From Bigelowiella natans CCMP2755 (taxonomy: Eukaryota; Protista; Cercozoa): a stretch of 55,139 nucleotides of DNA. Shown here one piece after another: positions 1-13,493 of the stretch. The notes below the pieces were generated by a model. That model was given only the letters and a program-made list of their open reading frames with translations, made no database searches and was not told where the DNA came from. The DNA lies in contig ADNK01001541.1 of assembly GCA_000320545.1 (NCBI GenBank), positions 1-55,139 on the forward strand. Reading direction: 5' to 3'. Position numbers and translations under genes: made by a program. How positions within the stretch are numbered: the first letter of the stretch is position 1; every line of letters starts with the position of its first letter.

Positions 1-119
1 ACTAACCCTAACCCTAACCCTAACCCTAACCCTAACCCTAACCCTAACCCTAACCCTAACCCCTAACCCTAACCCCTAACCCTAACCCCTAACCCCTAAC
101 CCTAACCCCTAACCCTAAC
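1..119. repeat. Telomeric repeat array (CCCTAA)n, i.e. TTAGGG-type, with CCCCTAA variants on the proximal side
   Basis: The window starts with about 19 tandem CCCTAA/CCCCTAA units, then unique sequence. The C-rich strand on + is as expected for a left chromosome end. Confidence 0.98.
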
Positions 120-503
120 AGACAAAAGTGCGCGCAGCTGTGCACGCGCGAACTGATGCGCGTGTGCACCTGATTGTGCGTGCATGCTTAATGCAATCAT
201 TTGTTTGCACGCATACGACGCCGCGCTACTTGCGGCAAGCTGCAATTTGTGCAATGGCAGATGACATCTTGCGCATGTTAATTTTTACTTCCAAGCATTT
301 CGCATTTGGGTGCAGCATGTCCACACGTGCACATGAGGTGGAAAATGTGCTGCTTCCGCTCATTTCAACAGTTCTAGAGTTGTGAACTCTTTTCATCACT
401 TCATCTTCCTCACATTTGATTTCAGCCCACATTGGACGCAGGCACTATGACCGATTGAAGACACCAATGGGAACTGCCAAGCTTGGGCTCCATTGTTTTT
501 CTT

Positions 504-1704
504 TTAATTTTCTTTCTGAACGACAATTTTTCGTATGATGTTCTTGAATTTCTCCGTGACGTAGACAATGTCGCCATCGGATGCTACATCGATACCACTT
601 GGCAAATTGAACAAAGCTACATTTGATGCTCCATCGCGACAACACCGATTCTCGAAACTCTACAACCATAAGATTCAAGTGAGATGGGATTTACTTCAGC
701 ATATCTTGGATTTCTAATCCTGTCTACCTACCCTTTTATCGCCAGCCAAAGTTAGGACTGTTCTGTCAGGCAACACTTTGCGTATAAGCTGATTGAGCCC
801 ATCAGCAACATAAATATTTCCCGATTCATCTAAATTACAATTGTAAATAAATGACTTAAGAATATATATTTTGACCTGTTCATCGTCATTTGCAGAAGCT
901 TCTAATAACTGCACTCCGCATATTATCAATTACAAAATTACCTGCTGCTATGCTTTGTAGTCCCCAGAATCGTGCATTAGTTTGAGTGCCATCCTGTCAA
1001 AAATAACAACGCACAAAGATGAAAATCTTTCCTAATGTTCCTCAATATAGATATAACAGGTAAATGACGGAACAAATATTTGACTATCTCATATTATATA
1101 TAAATGTGTGTGTATGAGTGTGTATGTGTGTGGCTATAGAAAATAAACGACTAAGAAAAATTTCAGTATCTACTTGGTTTCCAGTCTTCTCTTCACAACC
1201 CGCATACGTCTCCATCTGAAATCATAAATGTATCATCTGCTAATGAATACTTCAAATTCGGTGATTATTATGATTCTTCTTAATATTTATTCTAACCATA
1301 ACCCTAACCCAGAAGAAAAAGAAAACAAATTTAAATGCTTCCAAGTAGAATTTACTTTTTATCCTGAAAAACTATTTCTGATCATTTATAAGAATTACTG
1401 TTTGAGATGGGGTAAGCAGCTCCAGCGTCTGTCCGTAGGCATCAGCACAGATCAGCGCACCAGTTTTATCATCAAAAACGATTCCATCGCCGTGTTCGAG
1501 ATAAAAGTGATTTGTGACTCCTTTTACGTCCTTTTCTTCCATAGCGAGTTCCATCGTTGTTACTTCACCGTCTATAATGTTGTTGCGCGAAGAAGAAGAA
1601 AGGAAATTATCAACAAAGATGAAAAATATAAAGTTAATTTAGTAATTTATCTGAGCACACGAGTATACCTTGCTTCTTCATTTGTTGTGCACAATATATA
1701 ATAA

Positions 1705-1745
<41 letters not shown>

Positions 1746-2543
1746 TCTCTATATATTAATATATTGAGTCAAAGCAAAAGTTGTATGTAGTACTGTTAGC
1801 AATTACCGTTAGTAATTCTCCGCACCATGAAGTTTCGTGTGTCTACAACATACAATTCCCCGACTTCGGTCGCTGCTATGTTATGCGGAAACCAGAATCT
1901 GAAGGAAAAATAGCAACCAATAAAACGACGATGACGCATCGTTTGGGGTTCTCTCATTAATAGTTATTATTAGTGTATGTGATAGTACTACCACACACAC
2001 ACACACACACCTAGATAGGTCCCGGATACCATCAGCATATCCGTACAGTCTGGCTTTCCCAGCAATCTAGTAGTAGTAGACATAATATTCATAAGAGTCA
2101 TTGAATCTTCATTTTCTAATACAACCAAGCGAATTTATGATCACCATTTTCTTTGTTTTGATTAGTATCATCATTATCCAATGAAGGGCGTCCATAATAC
2201 CATCTTCTTTTATTGTGACATCAAACCCCACGACTATTACACATCTCTTCTTCATCTTTTCTTCTTCTTCTTCTTTCTACTCTTCTCCTAATTCTTGTGA
2301 ATCGTCATTTGTTAGTGCATCATCATCATTCATCACCGTAGTAACCACGTTTGTTTCCTTGTCGATTTTTCTTATAACGTGGTTATGGGTGTCGGCAACA
2401 TATACATTCTCATCTCCGTCTACTGCCAAATTGAAAGGCTATAATAATACGCAAATGACAACCATATAACGTAAGAAGAGGAAGAAGAAGAACAAGAAGG
2501 CTATAACCAAAACAGTTAGCAAAAAAAGTATATTCTATATTAA

Positions 2544-2579
<36 letters not shown>

Positions 2580-3068
2580 ATCATTGGAACAGAAACAAAG
2601 AAGGAAAAGATACGCCATACATTGAAGTAATAAGTTTATGATGTTCAGTATGAAAATAGAGTTTCTGCAGATGCTACTGTATCCGAAGATTACTAGTATA
2701 CAGCAAGAGAGTGGGTTGTCATCATCATCATCTTCTTCTATGTGATTATTTCCTTCTTTGTCGTATTCACTTCCGTACTAGTACTACTAGTAGTAGTAGT
2801 ACTAGTACTAAAGATATATAGAACGGCGATACAGAACAACAGACAATAACAAGATACTACTTACAGATATATAGAACGGCGATACAGAACAACAGACAAT
2901 AACAAGATACTACTTACACTAGCAAATCGAGCATTGCGTGCAGCCCCGTCATTATAGCCAATATTCGTTACACCACCAACTCTGATGAAGAATATTATCA
3001 CATTATGATGATAGTTTGAGGGAGAGGGAGGTGTTATCATTCATCAATCACAAAAAAGGCTAGAACCT

Positions 3069-3100
<32 letters not shown>

Positions 3101-4171
3101 TATCATTAGTAGATATAGCAGTAGTTTTGTTCAGCAGTGTATGTATACTACCATCGATTTGTTATCTTATTCCTTTCTTCTATGGCAGACAACAATAACA
3201 ACACAATGGTAACAATGGCAACATAGTACAGCCTACAAACCACCCTATCATTCTGAAAAACAAAGTCCTCTCTCTCCCTACCCAGCATATGTTGTAACGT
3301 CTCCATCGATTGTAATCTTTCTTATGCAATGGTTGTCAGTGTCTGCCACGTAGATTGAGCCTGATCTCGCAGCAATGGCTAGCCCATTCGGTGTGTTGAA
3401 CATTGCTTCGTAAGATTTGCCGTCTTTATAGCCTTTTCGTCCATTTCCAGAGAATGTTGTCACTTCTGCTGCTGCGGTAGCATCAGCAAATAAAACATTA
3501 GAAAATGATTGCAACTGCCGTCCAAGTCAATGCTGATCGATGATGATGATGATGATAATAAAGATGATCATGATCATGAGATCTAACTACACAATGATAT
3601 AAATTTAACCTGGAATGAGAGGGTGTAGAGGAAGAGGAGAAAGATTTTGGCCTTCTTCATCACCACCAGCGCCACCCCATTTCCAGGACTCTCCATCATC
3701 AAACGCCATGTCCTCCGAATGTAGTATCGCTTCAGTAAGAAGACGGCGATGACCAGACGGATGATAATTAAGCCTCCTCCTTGGTGTAGTATGATGACCC
3801 ATGCTTCTTTCTTGATGATGATTCATTGTCCTTCTGTCATATCATCATCAATATCATCTCCTAATTCATCATATCTGTCAGATGATTTTATACCTTAAAC
3901 TCAATGGCCAATTCGAAGGGAGGGGACCGATTCTCGGAGACGGAGTTATATAAGTGTTAGCATGAGCTAATTTGGCCCCACCACCCATAGCAGATAAATC
4001 TTTCTGTCTTCCATGAGTCGTCTGGACTGAAGACACAGAAAGTAGTAGCAGCACCATAGTACTAACCCCACACAGCAGGACTAGCACATAATAACGCTGT
4101 TGCCATATTGGCACAACCCTGTGAACTAATTTCCCAGCAGGCCTCCAATCATCAGAAGATGACATATTCAT
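504..4171 (-). CDS. Multi-exon NHL-repeat (beta-propeller) protein with N-terminal transmembrane anchor
   Basis: Exons give repeated NHL motifs: FNTPNGLAIAARSGSIYVADTDNHCIRKI (3281-3470), PFNLAVDGDENVYVADTHNHVIRKI (~2345-2440), FWFPHNIAATEVGELYVVDTRNFMVRRI (~1807-1900), DESGNIYVADGLNQLIRKV (~730-830). The last exon ends ALFNLPSGIDVASDGDIVYVTEKFKNIIRKIVVQKEN-stop at 504-506. The first exon has hydrophobic YYVLVLLCGVSTMVLLLLSV. Confidence 0.85.
2812..2917. repeat. 53-bp tandem duplication in an intron, including the minus-strand splice donor
   Basis: agatatatagaacggcgatacagaacaacagacaataacaagatactacttac occurs twice (2812-2864, 2865-2917). Confidence 0.9.
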
Positions 4172-4595
4172 GGCTAAGGAGTCTGCCTTTAGTTTAGAGG
4201 TGCAAGTGGTATCCTGGTCCTGGTCCTGGTCCTGGTCCTGGTCCTGCTACTGCTACTACAATCTATTGGCAACAACAACAAGTAGTACTACAAGCACAAG
4301 CAGATCCAATAACAACAATGAATAGTAATAATAAAATGATCGTAGCAATATATTTACGGATGTATGTTCGTATACTACATCCTAGTTCTGGTGTGGACAA
4401 TAATAATAAATAACAATAATACGACAAGATCCAGATCTAGGAACTACTACTACGACCGTACTTCACATAGATTTAGGTCTATTTTCCTACACAAATTAAA
4501 TACTAGATCTACTCTAGATCTAGATCCATCGTAGTACCCCTCCCAGACCATCGGGCACTGTCAGGGGTTACAAGGGATTGTATTCCATTTCATTC

Positions 4596-4621
4596 TACGA
4601 CATCCCCAAAATATTGTCGCA
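4596..4621. promoter_or_regulatory. Palindromic CGACA-N12-TGTCG element in divergent promoter region
   Basis: TACGACA tccccaaaata TTGTCGCA lies between the NHL gene start (4171) and the + strand gene. The same motif recurs upstream of other genes. Confidence 0.55.
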
Positions 4622-4859
4622 TATTGAAATAAAAGGCGATTATTTATTTCGACGTCCGTTTCGCTTTGCTCATTACTTAGAGTTCATCAAGCACCCTCCT
4701 CCCTTAGAGACGAAGAACTGGTGGTAGTTCAGAGAGGAGGGAGGTCAATTTTCCAAACTGACATCATCGGAGTCAAATATTTGTAGAGGCCAATATAAAT
4801 ACTCACTCTATCCATTACTGCGAAAAATGGACGTACTCGGAAAGTCATATAGTACTCAT

Positions 4860-5185
4860 ATGAGCGAAAGACACCCCTCCCGGTCAAAGAGAATTCAGAA
4901 GGCTGAACAAAGTAGCAAGCAATTTGATGAAGACTTATAAACAAACCAAGTTGTAGCAAGTAAATGCTGTAATATAATCCAATAGGACCACGAATTATTT
5001 ATCAAGCATGGGAAATTCCTGTGGCACGTCGAGCGAAGAAGCAACCGCCATTTCGCATTGATGTAAGGAAGGCAAAAAGGAAACAAAGTAGTATTTGGGT
5101 CAAAAAACAACATAACTAAGTTTCTTCAATAGTTTTATTTTTCATCTTAATTATTATTTACGATTGAATGTTTGGTTCCCTCCTC

Positions 5186-5220
<35 letters not shown>

Positions 5221-7525
5221 CGTTGTTGTCGTGTGTTCTTTCCTGTGAACGAAATCTTCTTTCTAGAATCCATGTTAATGTAGTCTTCTTTATTAAATCG
5301 CAGAGGCCCAGATTTGGATTCGACCAACATCTCCATCAAGTAAATTTGATAAGGAACCCTAAAAAATAGCCCCCCTCCCCTTGAAATACGTCATCATACT
5401 TATAAACTACTAACCCCATCATCGTCATTCTTAGAATCGATATTGGAGATCGTCAGTAGCCGTAAAGAGAAGCCTCCTGCTCCATCATCAGTACCTGAAA
5501 TCAATCGCCCATTTTCCTCACGAGGATCAAGGCCTACGTCGTCTTCAGGGTATATGAAGAAGAGTAGATCGAAGAAGCCTAAGCAGTGTAAGAAGAAGGT
5601 AATTCAGCAATGAGATAATTTAACCCCACATTAAAGTGCTAATGATAGATCATGCTTCTGTGGCATTTTTTTTCGTAGAACAATGAAAATTCATTAAAAG
5701 TGGCGAAACCATCAACTATATCCGCATGGGCTGCTGCTGCTCCTGAAAAAGTACTTATTCCGGCACCATCATCATCATCTCCAAATGGGAATCATAAGAA
5801 AGAACGAAGCTCTCCGGTAGTACTCAGGAATATTCATTATTGTTGGAGTTGATTTAGGGCAAGGAGGTTAAATTAGATTATTAGCAAGGAGGTTAAATTA
5901 CATTATTTATTGTTTTGTGCCGCTGGTTGGTTGCTGCGCCAATACTATCTAGGACGAACAACTCGCCCCATCAGTAAATACGAAAGTTTCCTCCAACATC
6001 CATGTTCCAGATTATGTCACTGATGAAGACATACTGGATTTAGAACAAAAAATAGCTTTATTGGAGGAAAGCCATACAGATGGTGGTGATTTTTATTATA
6101 TAGTGGAAATAATATAATAATAGTTTAACGACGTGTATAATAATAATAACAACCAGAGACTTCATGATGATATAAGCGACATGAATTAGATGATGCCGAT
6201 TCAAGATCAAAAACGTATGATAAATTCGTGAAAGCTATCAAATTAGAAGAGAAACAGGTAATAACCAATAACATTCTAACAGCAGTGAGTGTTCCTCTTT
6301 GTTCCTAGTCTTAGCGATTGTTCAGGTACGAATAATAATTTGTTGATTGCAACTGAAACAACAGGCAAGGAAAATACCCACATCGTCTCATCTGATGTTT
6401 CCAATTGGAACGGGGGAGAGAGACATGTTATTATTGAGTCAAGAAATGAAGGAGGTAGGTAGGGAGAGAGACATGTTATTATTGAGTCAAGAAATAAAGG
6501 AGGTAGGTGCAAGTGAGGATACTGCGGTAGTGCGGTATATATTATTTGCGATGTGCTTAGTGCTTAGTACTTTGTGTTTGCTGAGTAACATACAGTTCCT
6601 CCTCCTCCTCCCCCCTTCTCCTCGAGGATTGATTCCTTCTGCCTGGTCGTTCTCTGCTGACTGACTGACTATTTAAATCATCTTTTGTTCGTTGTTCACA
6701 GAAAGGTAACATTCAACACACGGAACATCACATTAAAAAAGCAGAACAAGATATTAAGCTTCATAAGGTACAGTAGCAAAAAACGACTTGGCTATACTTC
6801 AATCGAATAACACTTTCTAATTTCCCATTGCGTGTGAAATAAATGCACATAAAAGCAATAGCGATTGTTAGACACATTTTCTTTTTTATTGCATATTTGA
6901 TGATGATTCACGAGGAGCAAATACCCCATTACTACTACTTATCACCACTACTACTTCTACATAATGAAAAACAAATAGGAGTCCATGATGAAGATGAAAA
7001 GCTGGAACGCAGAGGACAGACAAATCTGGAAGCTTAAGGTAGTCGTAGTAGTAGTAGTAGTAGTAGCAGTAGTAGTAGTACTCATTGTTGATTGGTGGGA
7101 TAATTGTGGGTTATATGATAGCATTGATTTATTATTAGTACTGATACGCATTTAATTCATATATTCGCTCTGTGGTGTGATGATGATGCTGCTGCTGCGA
7201 ATAATATGAATAACGCGCAAATAAAATACAAAACAACTGTTAGATATTTGGTGCTCATACAGGTTATAATTTATGAAATGCTTGCAAAAGTAAGTAATCT
7301 AAATATGTCGTTGTGAAAATGATATTGTTAAACTACTATTATTAGATGCAACTGGAGATGTTCAAGCTGATTAAAAGCAAAGGGGGGCGTGTAAAGGAGG
7401 ACACAGTTAGGGTTTGCAGCAAGGAGAAAAGTCAAAGGAGTAGTAGTAAGACAACTGATAAAAGTGGTGATTCTACGATCACAAACCACGGTACTGCGAG
7501 TTGTTGCTATTTGATTCGAAGATGC

Positions 7526-7559
<34 letters not shown>

Positions 7560-7662
7560 TATCACTATGTGCATGCATATGTACATACAAACATAAGAAC
7601 ATGTACACATATGAATAACATTGCATAGATATTTTTTGAGAACTCTTCCCCCCCCCCCCCCC

Positions 7663-7707
<45 letters not shown>

Positions 7708-7726
7708 GCATACAAACACACACAGA

Positions 7727-7770
<44 letters not shown>

Positions 7771-7802
7771 GTTTAGTAAACATGTTGAGTAATGTTGAGG
7801 AA

Positions 7803-7838
<36 letters not shown>

Positions 7839-8607
7839 ATATGCCGTACTCTCCCTGAGCTAGTGTCATCAACACTTTGACAGCAGTTTCACATTCATCG
7901 AAATTTCATCAAGTTCAAGAAAAGAAAGGTATGCTTGTTAACTTATCACCACCATCACCACCATCACCACCACCATCCTAGCTAGCTGCTATCAAAACTT
8001 GCTTGTTAGTAGGTAGTAGTAGTCGTTTGTGAAATTAAGCGCTCCTAAGCTCCTACATGATGATGCTGTAATTGAAAACATACCATGGGGTGGGTTGCAT
8101 GGTATGTTACCTACCAACAATTACTATTTAAAACACACAATATCTGTATATTCTTGATCTTATTGCTGTATAGAAAAACAGCCGCTTGCCTCTAGAAGTG
8201 GTATATCAACTCCGTGGGGAAACTCAATCCCTTACAAATCCGATGGATCGGTATTAATTCTCTTTAATGATGAGTCGAATGATGATGATGTCGGATAATG
8301 ATGATGCTGTTGCATGAATCATCACAATCGTGATAATATCAAAACTAGAAAATACTAAAAGAAAGTCAATCAGAAAACAAGAAAATGATATCATAGTAGC
8401 AGAGGAAATAACAATTATGAGAGGCCTAGCGATGTATACAATAGCAGTATCAATGAAAAGAAGATACTTGGCAATTATAGAAGTAGTATTTGCCCCCCCC
8501 CCGCACATGCTTAGATATCATATAGTGGTGGTAAATGATATCGTAGCGTAAGCGAAGGTATTGTACCAGTGGTATGGCTTTTTTTTTTTTACCACCACAT
8601 ATATTAA

Positions 8608-8638
<31 letters not shown>

Positions 8639-9170
8639 GTACATACGTGTTAGTGTGTGTGTGTGTGTGTGTGTTTACGCATGTGCGTAATAGGTGACGG
8701 TGTATATTTGACATGGAATGCATTCTACTACTTATCCAATTATTTGAAGGATCTCAATTACTATTCATAGGTCGTTCCAGCAAAAGAAAAAGAAAAATGC
8801 AGCAACAGAAACACGGAAAATACCAACATTAGCACTTCGAAGGAAAAAAAATATTTTTCAATGGCTGATTCCCAGGAGACGATGAATCCTCTCAAGGTGT
8901 TTCATTAATATTGAAGAACCCTAAATGCTCGAATCACTTTAAAATAAGCACTAATACATAAAATTGACTCAATCAAAGCTTTTGGAGAAATCGAGGGGCG
9001 ATGGCTATCAGACTTCAAATTCATTGTCTTATGGCGCTTTCTACAGTGACCCCAAAGCACTAGCAACCATTCAGGTGGTGAATAACAATCTTGTTATGTT
9101 TAAACTTACCTACTCCTCTTAGAAGTATAATATGACTGCTTTTCCATATCTCAGAAAGAAGTGAAAGCTA
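4860..9170 (+). CDS. Hypothetical multi-exon protein (S/P/K-rich, partly coiled-coil); boundaries uncertain
   Basis: Series of AG/GT-flanked open segments, e.g. ESILEIVSSRKEKPPAPSSVPEINRPFSSRG (~5435-5600), NNENSLKVAKPSTISAWAAAAPEK (~5680-5815), DEQLAPSVNTKVSSNIHVPDYVTDEDILDLEQKIALLEES (~5953-6080), KGNIQHTEHHIKKAEQDIKLHK (~6702-6767). No recognisable domain. Confidence 0.45.
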
Positions 9171-10392
9171 GAAAGGAAGCTGCAAAAGCCTGCAAATCAA
9201 CCATATGAGCGAGTGAGTGTATGAAGGATTAGCCTTCACATCCATAAATTTGCTTTGTCGTGAGTTCGAATGACGGTTCAAATACATTTCTATTTTTTCA
9301 TGACGAAACATATCAGAGTGATGGTTGCTAGAGTCCATAGATTTCAAATTCATCCATCCATTGTAGTAGGGATGTCTTAAAATTTAAGAAGTGTTAATGA
9401 GATACTACTTTTTGATCCGAACAAGTGTGGAGGGATTCATTTTCTTAGAAGAATCTTTAAGAGTTTACCAATAGTTTGTATCTTTACCCGTTTGTCCATC
9501 GCATCATTCACATGTAATAAAACCACACCAACCCACCACATAATTATTCAACACATGAATGTAAATTAGAAAAATAGTAGCATTCATTCTACAGCGAGCA
9601 TAATTTGCAATGTAGTCATTAGAATATTTGAATAAGTGTTAAAAATGCTCATCAAGTTTGCGCATTTTGAATCGCATCTCATTAAGTCCAGTACATTTAA
9701 ACAAAATCACTTGCGATGATAGCCTTTGGTATTATTATGAAAACGTGCCGTAGCATGTGTATGTGATCGCTCTATGTGGGCGTAACGGAACAATGCTGAA
9801 ACAATGATAGCCCTAGCTAGCTAGCTATGTACACATTGCACGCATCGCACGTACGTTTTTCGATGCAATTCAAGGCACGACCGATGTTTCATTCATCAGT
9901 CGATCGCTAGCTGCACACGACGACAGCGTACGTTTTCTACACTAGTATATGATCATTACATATGTAGTAGTTTCGTATCAGTCTGAGCATCGCTCATCGA
10001 CGATTTTGCATCATTATTATGAAGCTGGCGGTTGCCAAATAATGACGACGATATGTGTTCCGCAAGTACGTACGCCGTCTACACGACTGCTATTGTTACA
10101 TGCATGCACAATCTCAATGATGACCCTAGCATAGAGAATAATGGACTCATGTCTGTCTATCCATTCATTGATACGTATAGACTAAACTTAAGATAATTTA
10201 TTCAAAAGATTGATTCGATTTCAAACAATTTATCAAAACAAAAGCTCAGTGGACATGCTCAAGTGTTATGTGAAAGACAATATTGCATTTCTGTTAACCT
10301 AACAATCGAAAGGCATATTTTGTCACTTTCGCATGAACACTAGCCCTTCTTCATTGGACTCTCCGTGTTGTTAGAAGAGCAGCAGCCAGCTG

Positions 10393-12486
10393 TTATGACA
10401 TATCTTTCATTCCGATACTGGCAAGCACGTAGCCAACGATCCAACCCATGAAAGCAGCCACACATCCATTTAGGGTCATTGTCATACCTGATTAGTGGTA
10501 AGGTGAAAACAAATGCATTTGAGATCATATTTATAGACTATCAAATTTGGATCTTAATTCATGCTTAACATGCGACGGCGATAGGAACCTCATACTACTA
10601 CTACCCACCACCTTCTTCAGCAGACGATGACCACGAATATTATCAAACATACCGTCAAAACAGTATAATACTACTTCTACCACTACCACTACCTGACAAC
10701 CACCAAGATGGATCTTGGTAAGACGAGTTATCTATGTAAGATCCTTTCACTGCTCCCAGTATGAACATGGTGAGGGCAGTGAGCCCCAAAGATAGATGAA
10801 GCTGGATGATGATGCAGGCATCGATTATTACTAGTTTGTTGTATTATTATGGTGGTGGCGATGATCATAACAATAATGATGATAATGATGATGATGATGA
10901 TAATAAATTGTCGATGATCGTAATCCTGACTAATGTTAAAAAAAAGGTTCTAGACATTAGCTGCTCTATTTCCTCTACCTGAGAATCACTGCTAAACTCT
11001 ATTCCTGGGACCAAAGCGATTACATAAGATAACCTTCATTTTAATTATGATACGATGATTCGGATGATTCAGATGGCCCATAATGGTGACAATGACATGC
11101 AAAGGAAGCCAATGAGAATGAGAGCACACAAGACGTAAACATAATATAGCTGTTGCGACATTGTTTGTGGGTATTATTATATGTGATATTATGCGACAAC
11201 ACCGACGGCTACACAACCAAAAGCAGCAATTTGAAACTAGTCGGTGGAATCGTCACTTTATTTTTTCACTGTTAACAACATCATCATCATGTTCATCATC
11301 TCCTCGAAACTAATTATATCTTCACTTTGCTTTATTATATATTTTCTTACAGGGGCACACTTCCAAAGAGAACAAATGCCACAAGAGTAATTACTCCTCC
11401 CATTAAAGCATCATCATCGTCATAAGGATTCATCTGCAGTTCCTCAAACTACAATGTATAAAGTAGTAGTAGTAATAGTAGCAGCAGTAGTAGCAGTAGA
11501 ATCAGATGTTCGTTCGCACTGTTAAGCATATGAATACAATGTGGATAAATGTCAAATTATCACAATTCCTTCAAAGAAAAAGTATAATTGGTTACCATCA
11601 TCATGTCAATAAAGGGATCTTTGTATTTTGCAAGCGTGGTCATAACAAGTTGTGCATCAGCCCGAGATACTCCTTTCTTCTCATAGAGATCGACCATTTC
11701 TTCGATTTCTGCTTCCTACATCATCCATTGCAAATTATACATTACCGATGGATAAAAACCTCTGGAGATTGTCGACGAATAAAGAAAGCGTACTACTTTT
11801 GTTGGTACCTTATTAGTGTCATACTCCCATTCCTCCCTTTTCCGCTCTTGACGTACGAGTTGCTGCTCTGCAACAGTGCTAATAGTAGTAGTAGTAGTGT
11901 GGAAATGATACAATGGGTCCAAATTAGTTGGAATTGCTAGGATTTGCACACAACAGAGATTACAGTTTAGATTCTCGGGTGCATACATCTTCAAACTACC
12001 ACCATTACAACGTAACCACCTTGTGTAATCGCCGAGTCCCATACTGATACCATCAGCGAATAAATGTGCAATTCCAAGAATCAAGATAACGGTGGAGCTC
12101 ATCTTTGCACCAGCCACTGTCGTGACAGTAGCAAAAGTTGTTATTATACCATCAAGACCGCCGAAGACAGCACTCTTGATATAGCGGTCTCCTCCGAAAC
12201 TGACGATATGTAAGGAATTAGTAGCAGTAACAATCAGAAACATTTTAGAATGCCGCTTCAAAGTGGAAATCATCCTCTTTTGTTAGAATCGATCGGACTT
12301 GTGTCGTTCCAGAGCGGCGTTCTGGTGGCACTTTTTAGACGCCTCAACATCCATAGTTTTGAAAGCCCTCCTGGCCAGATCCCTTTTCGTAGTTGCTCCA
12401 TACGATTTGTTTTTGGTCTCAGCAGATGTATTTGTAACGATTTGTGTAAGAGGTTGCTGCTCTCTTGCTGATGCCGAGCTTGGCAT
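10393..12486 (-). CDS. VIT1/CCC1 family vacuolar iron/manganese transporter
   Basis: Family motifs YIKSAVFGGLDGIITTFATV, AHLFADGISMGLGDY, ERKREEWE, EIEEMVDLYEKKG, ITLVAFVLFGSVPL, LTMFILGAVK. The final exon is MTLNGCVAAFMGWIVGYVLASIGMKDMS-stop (10393-10395). Confidence 0.9.
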
Positions 12487-13493
12487 TGTAGTATGTAGAT
12501 AGGCGGCTACGAGTATGTGCTCGGAGGAGTGATGGATCCCGCCTTACAATTTGAAAGCCCGCTCTAAATCTTGCTAAGTCAGAACTGTTTCTTGACAAAC
12601 CATTATCTTTCCCCTACAATGATCGGGGACGACTTCATTTTTTTGTCGTAATTCAAAAACATCAGGACTTGTGGTGGTCCAGTGTCATCTTGTTTGATCT
12701 TGAATCATGCCTGCAATGAACGCCTTTCATTTTGCACTTTTTTGTTGCACTTCCATTCATCAATGCACATCTACTGGCTCAAATATTGCGATGTGTCAAG
12801 GTGCCATGGACGAAAGCCACCTGCGACAAGTATAGGGTTGTCGTACTCCCAAAATAAATTATGTCGCAATGTAAAATGCCCATGTGTAAGACCAGGCATG
12901 AGATGCAAATCAGGACTTTTTCCTCTGTCGCATCATCACCAATCTAGCAATGATCTGGTCATAATGATGAACAAGCAACAAGATCATGAATGATGTAAGT
13001 CTAATTTCAGTACAAAAGTTTCCCGAAACTAAGGCCACAACACTCACACAACAACTTTGTAACTAACAGATAACGTAAAATCTTCATCGTCATCACTTGA
13101 GCTGCTGTCCCAAGTGCTCACTGGCTGACCGACTCACTCAAGAGAGCTAGGGGGAGGAGAAGGAGGAGTCAGTAAGATGGAAAAATAAAACCACATTGAT
13201 CATAACAATAATAGTAGTAATCTTGAGAAAGAGAAGAGGTAGAAGAAGATGAATAAGGAGGAAGAGCAGGAGGTGTATAACAACCACGACGAGCTGTAGA
13301 TTCAACTGGCAGAAGAAATTGCGAGATAGACATCAGAAGGGAGTAAAGCACTTACACATGATGGTCTTTTTACCTCAACCAGTAGGCAGCTTCGACGATT
13401 GCTTGCTTGGCAGCCAGCAAGCCTGTCTGTGAGGAAAGAAAGCCCAGCAGCTCTTCTTCCACCTACCCACCTGTCTCTGTGGTGACACCGGGA

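Noticed and set aside
1291-1310. Telomere-like ctaaccataaccctaaccc inside the NHL gene
   Set aside because: Only about three imperfect units; too short to call an interstitial telomere.
7479-8644. ORFs with poly-IY, poly-ER, poly-G or poly-L runs (also 30912-31501, 33224-33619)
   Set aside because: Mostly translations of intronic microsatellites or the wrong frame/strand of low-complexity exons.
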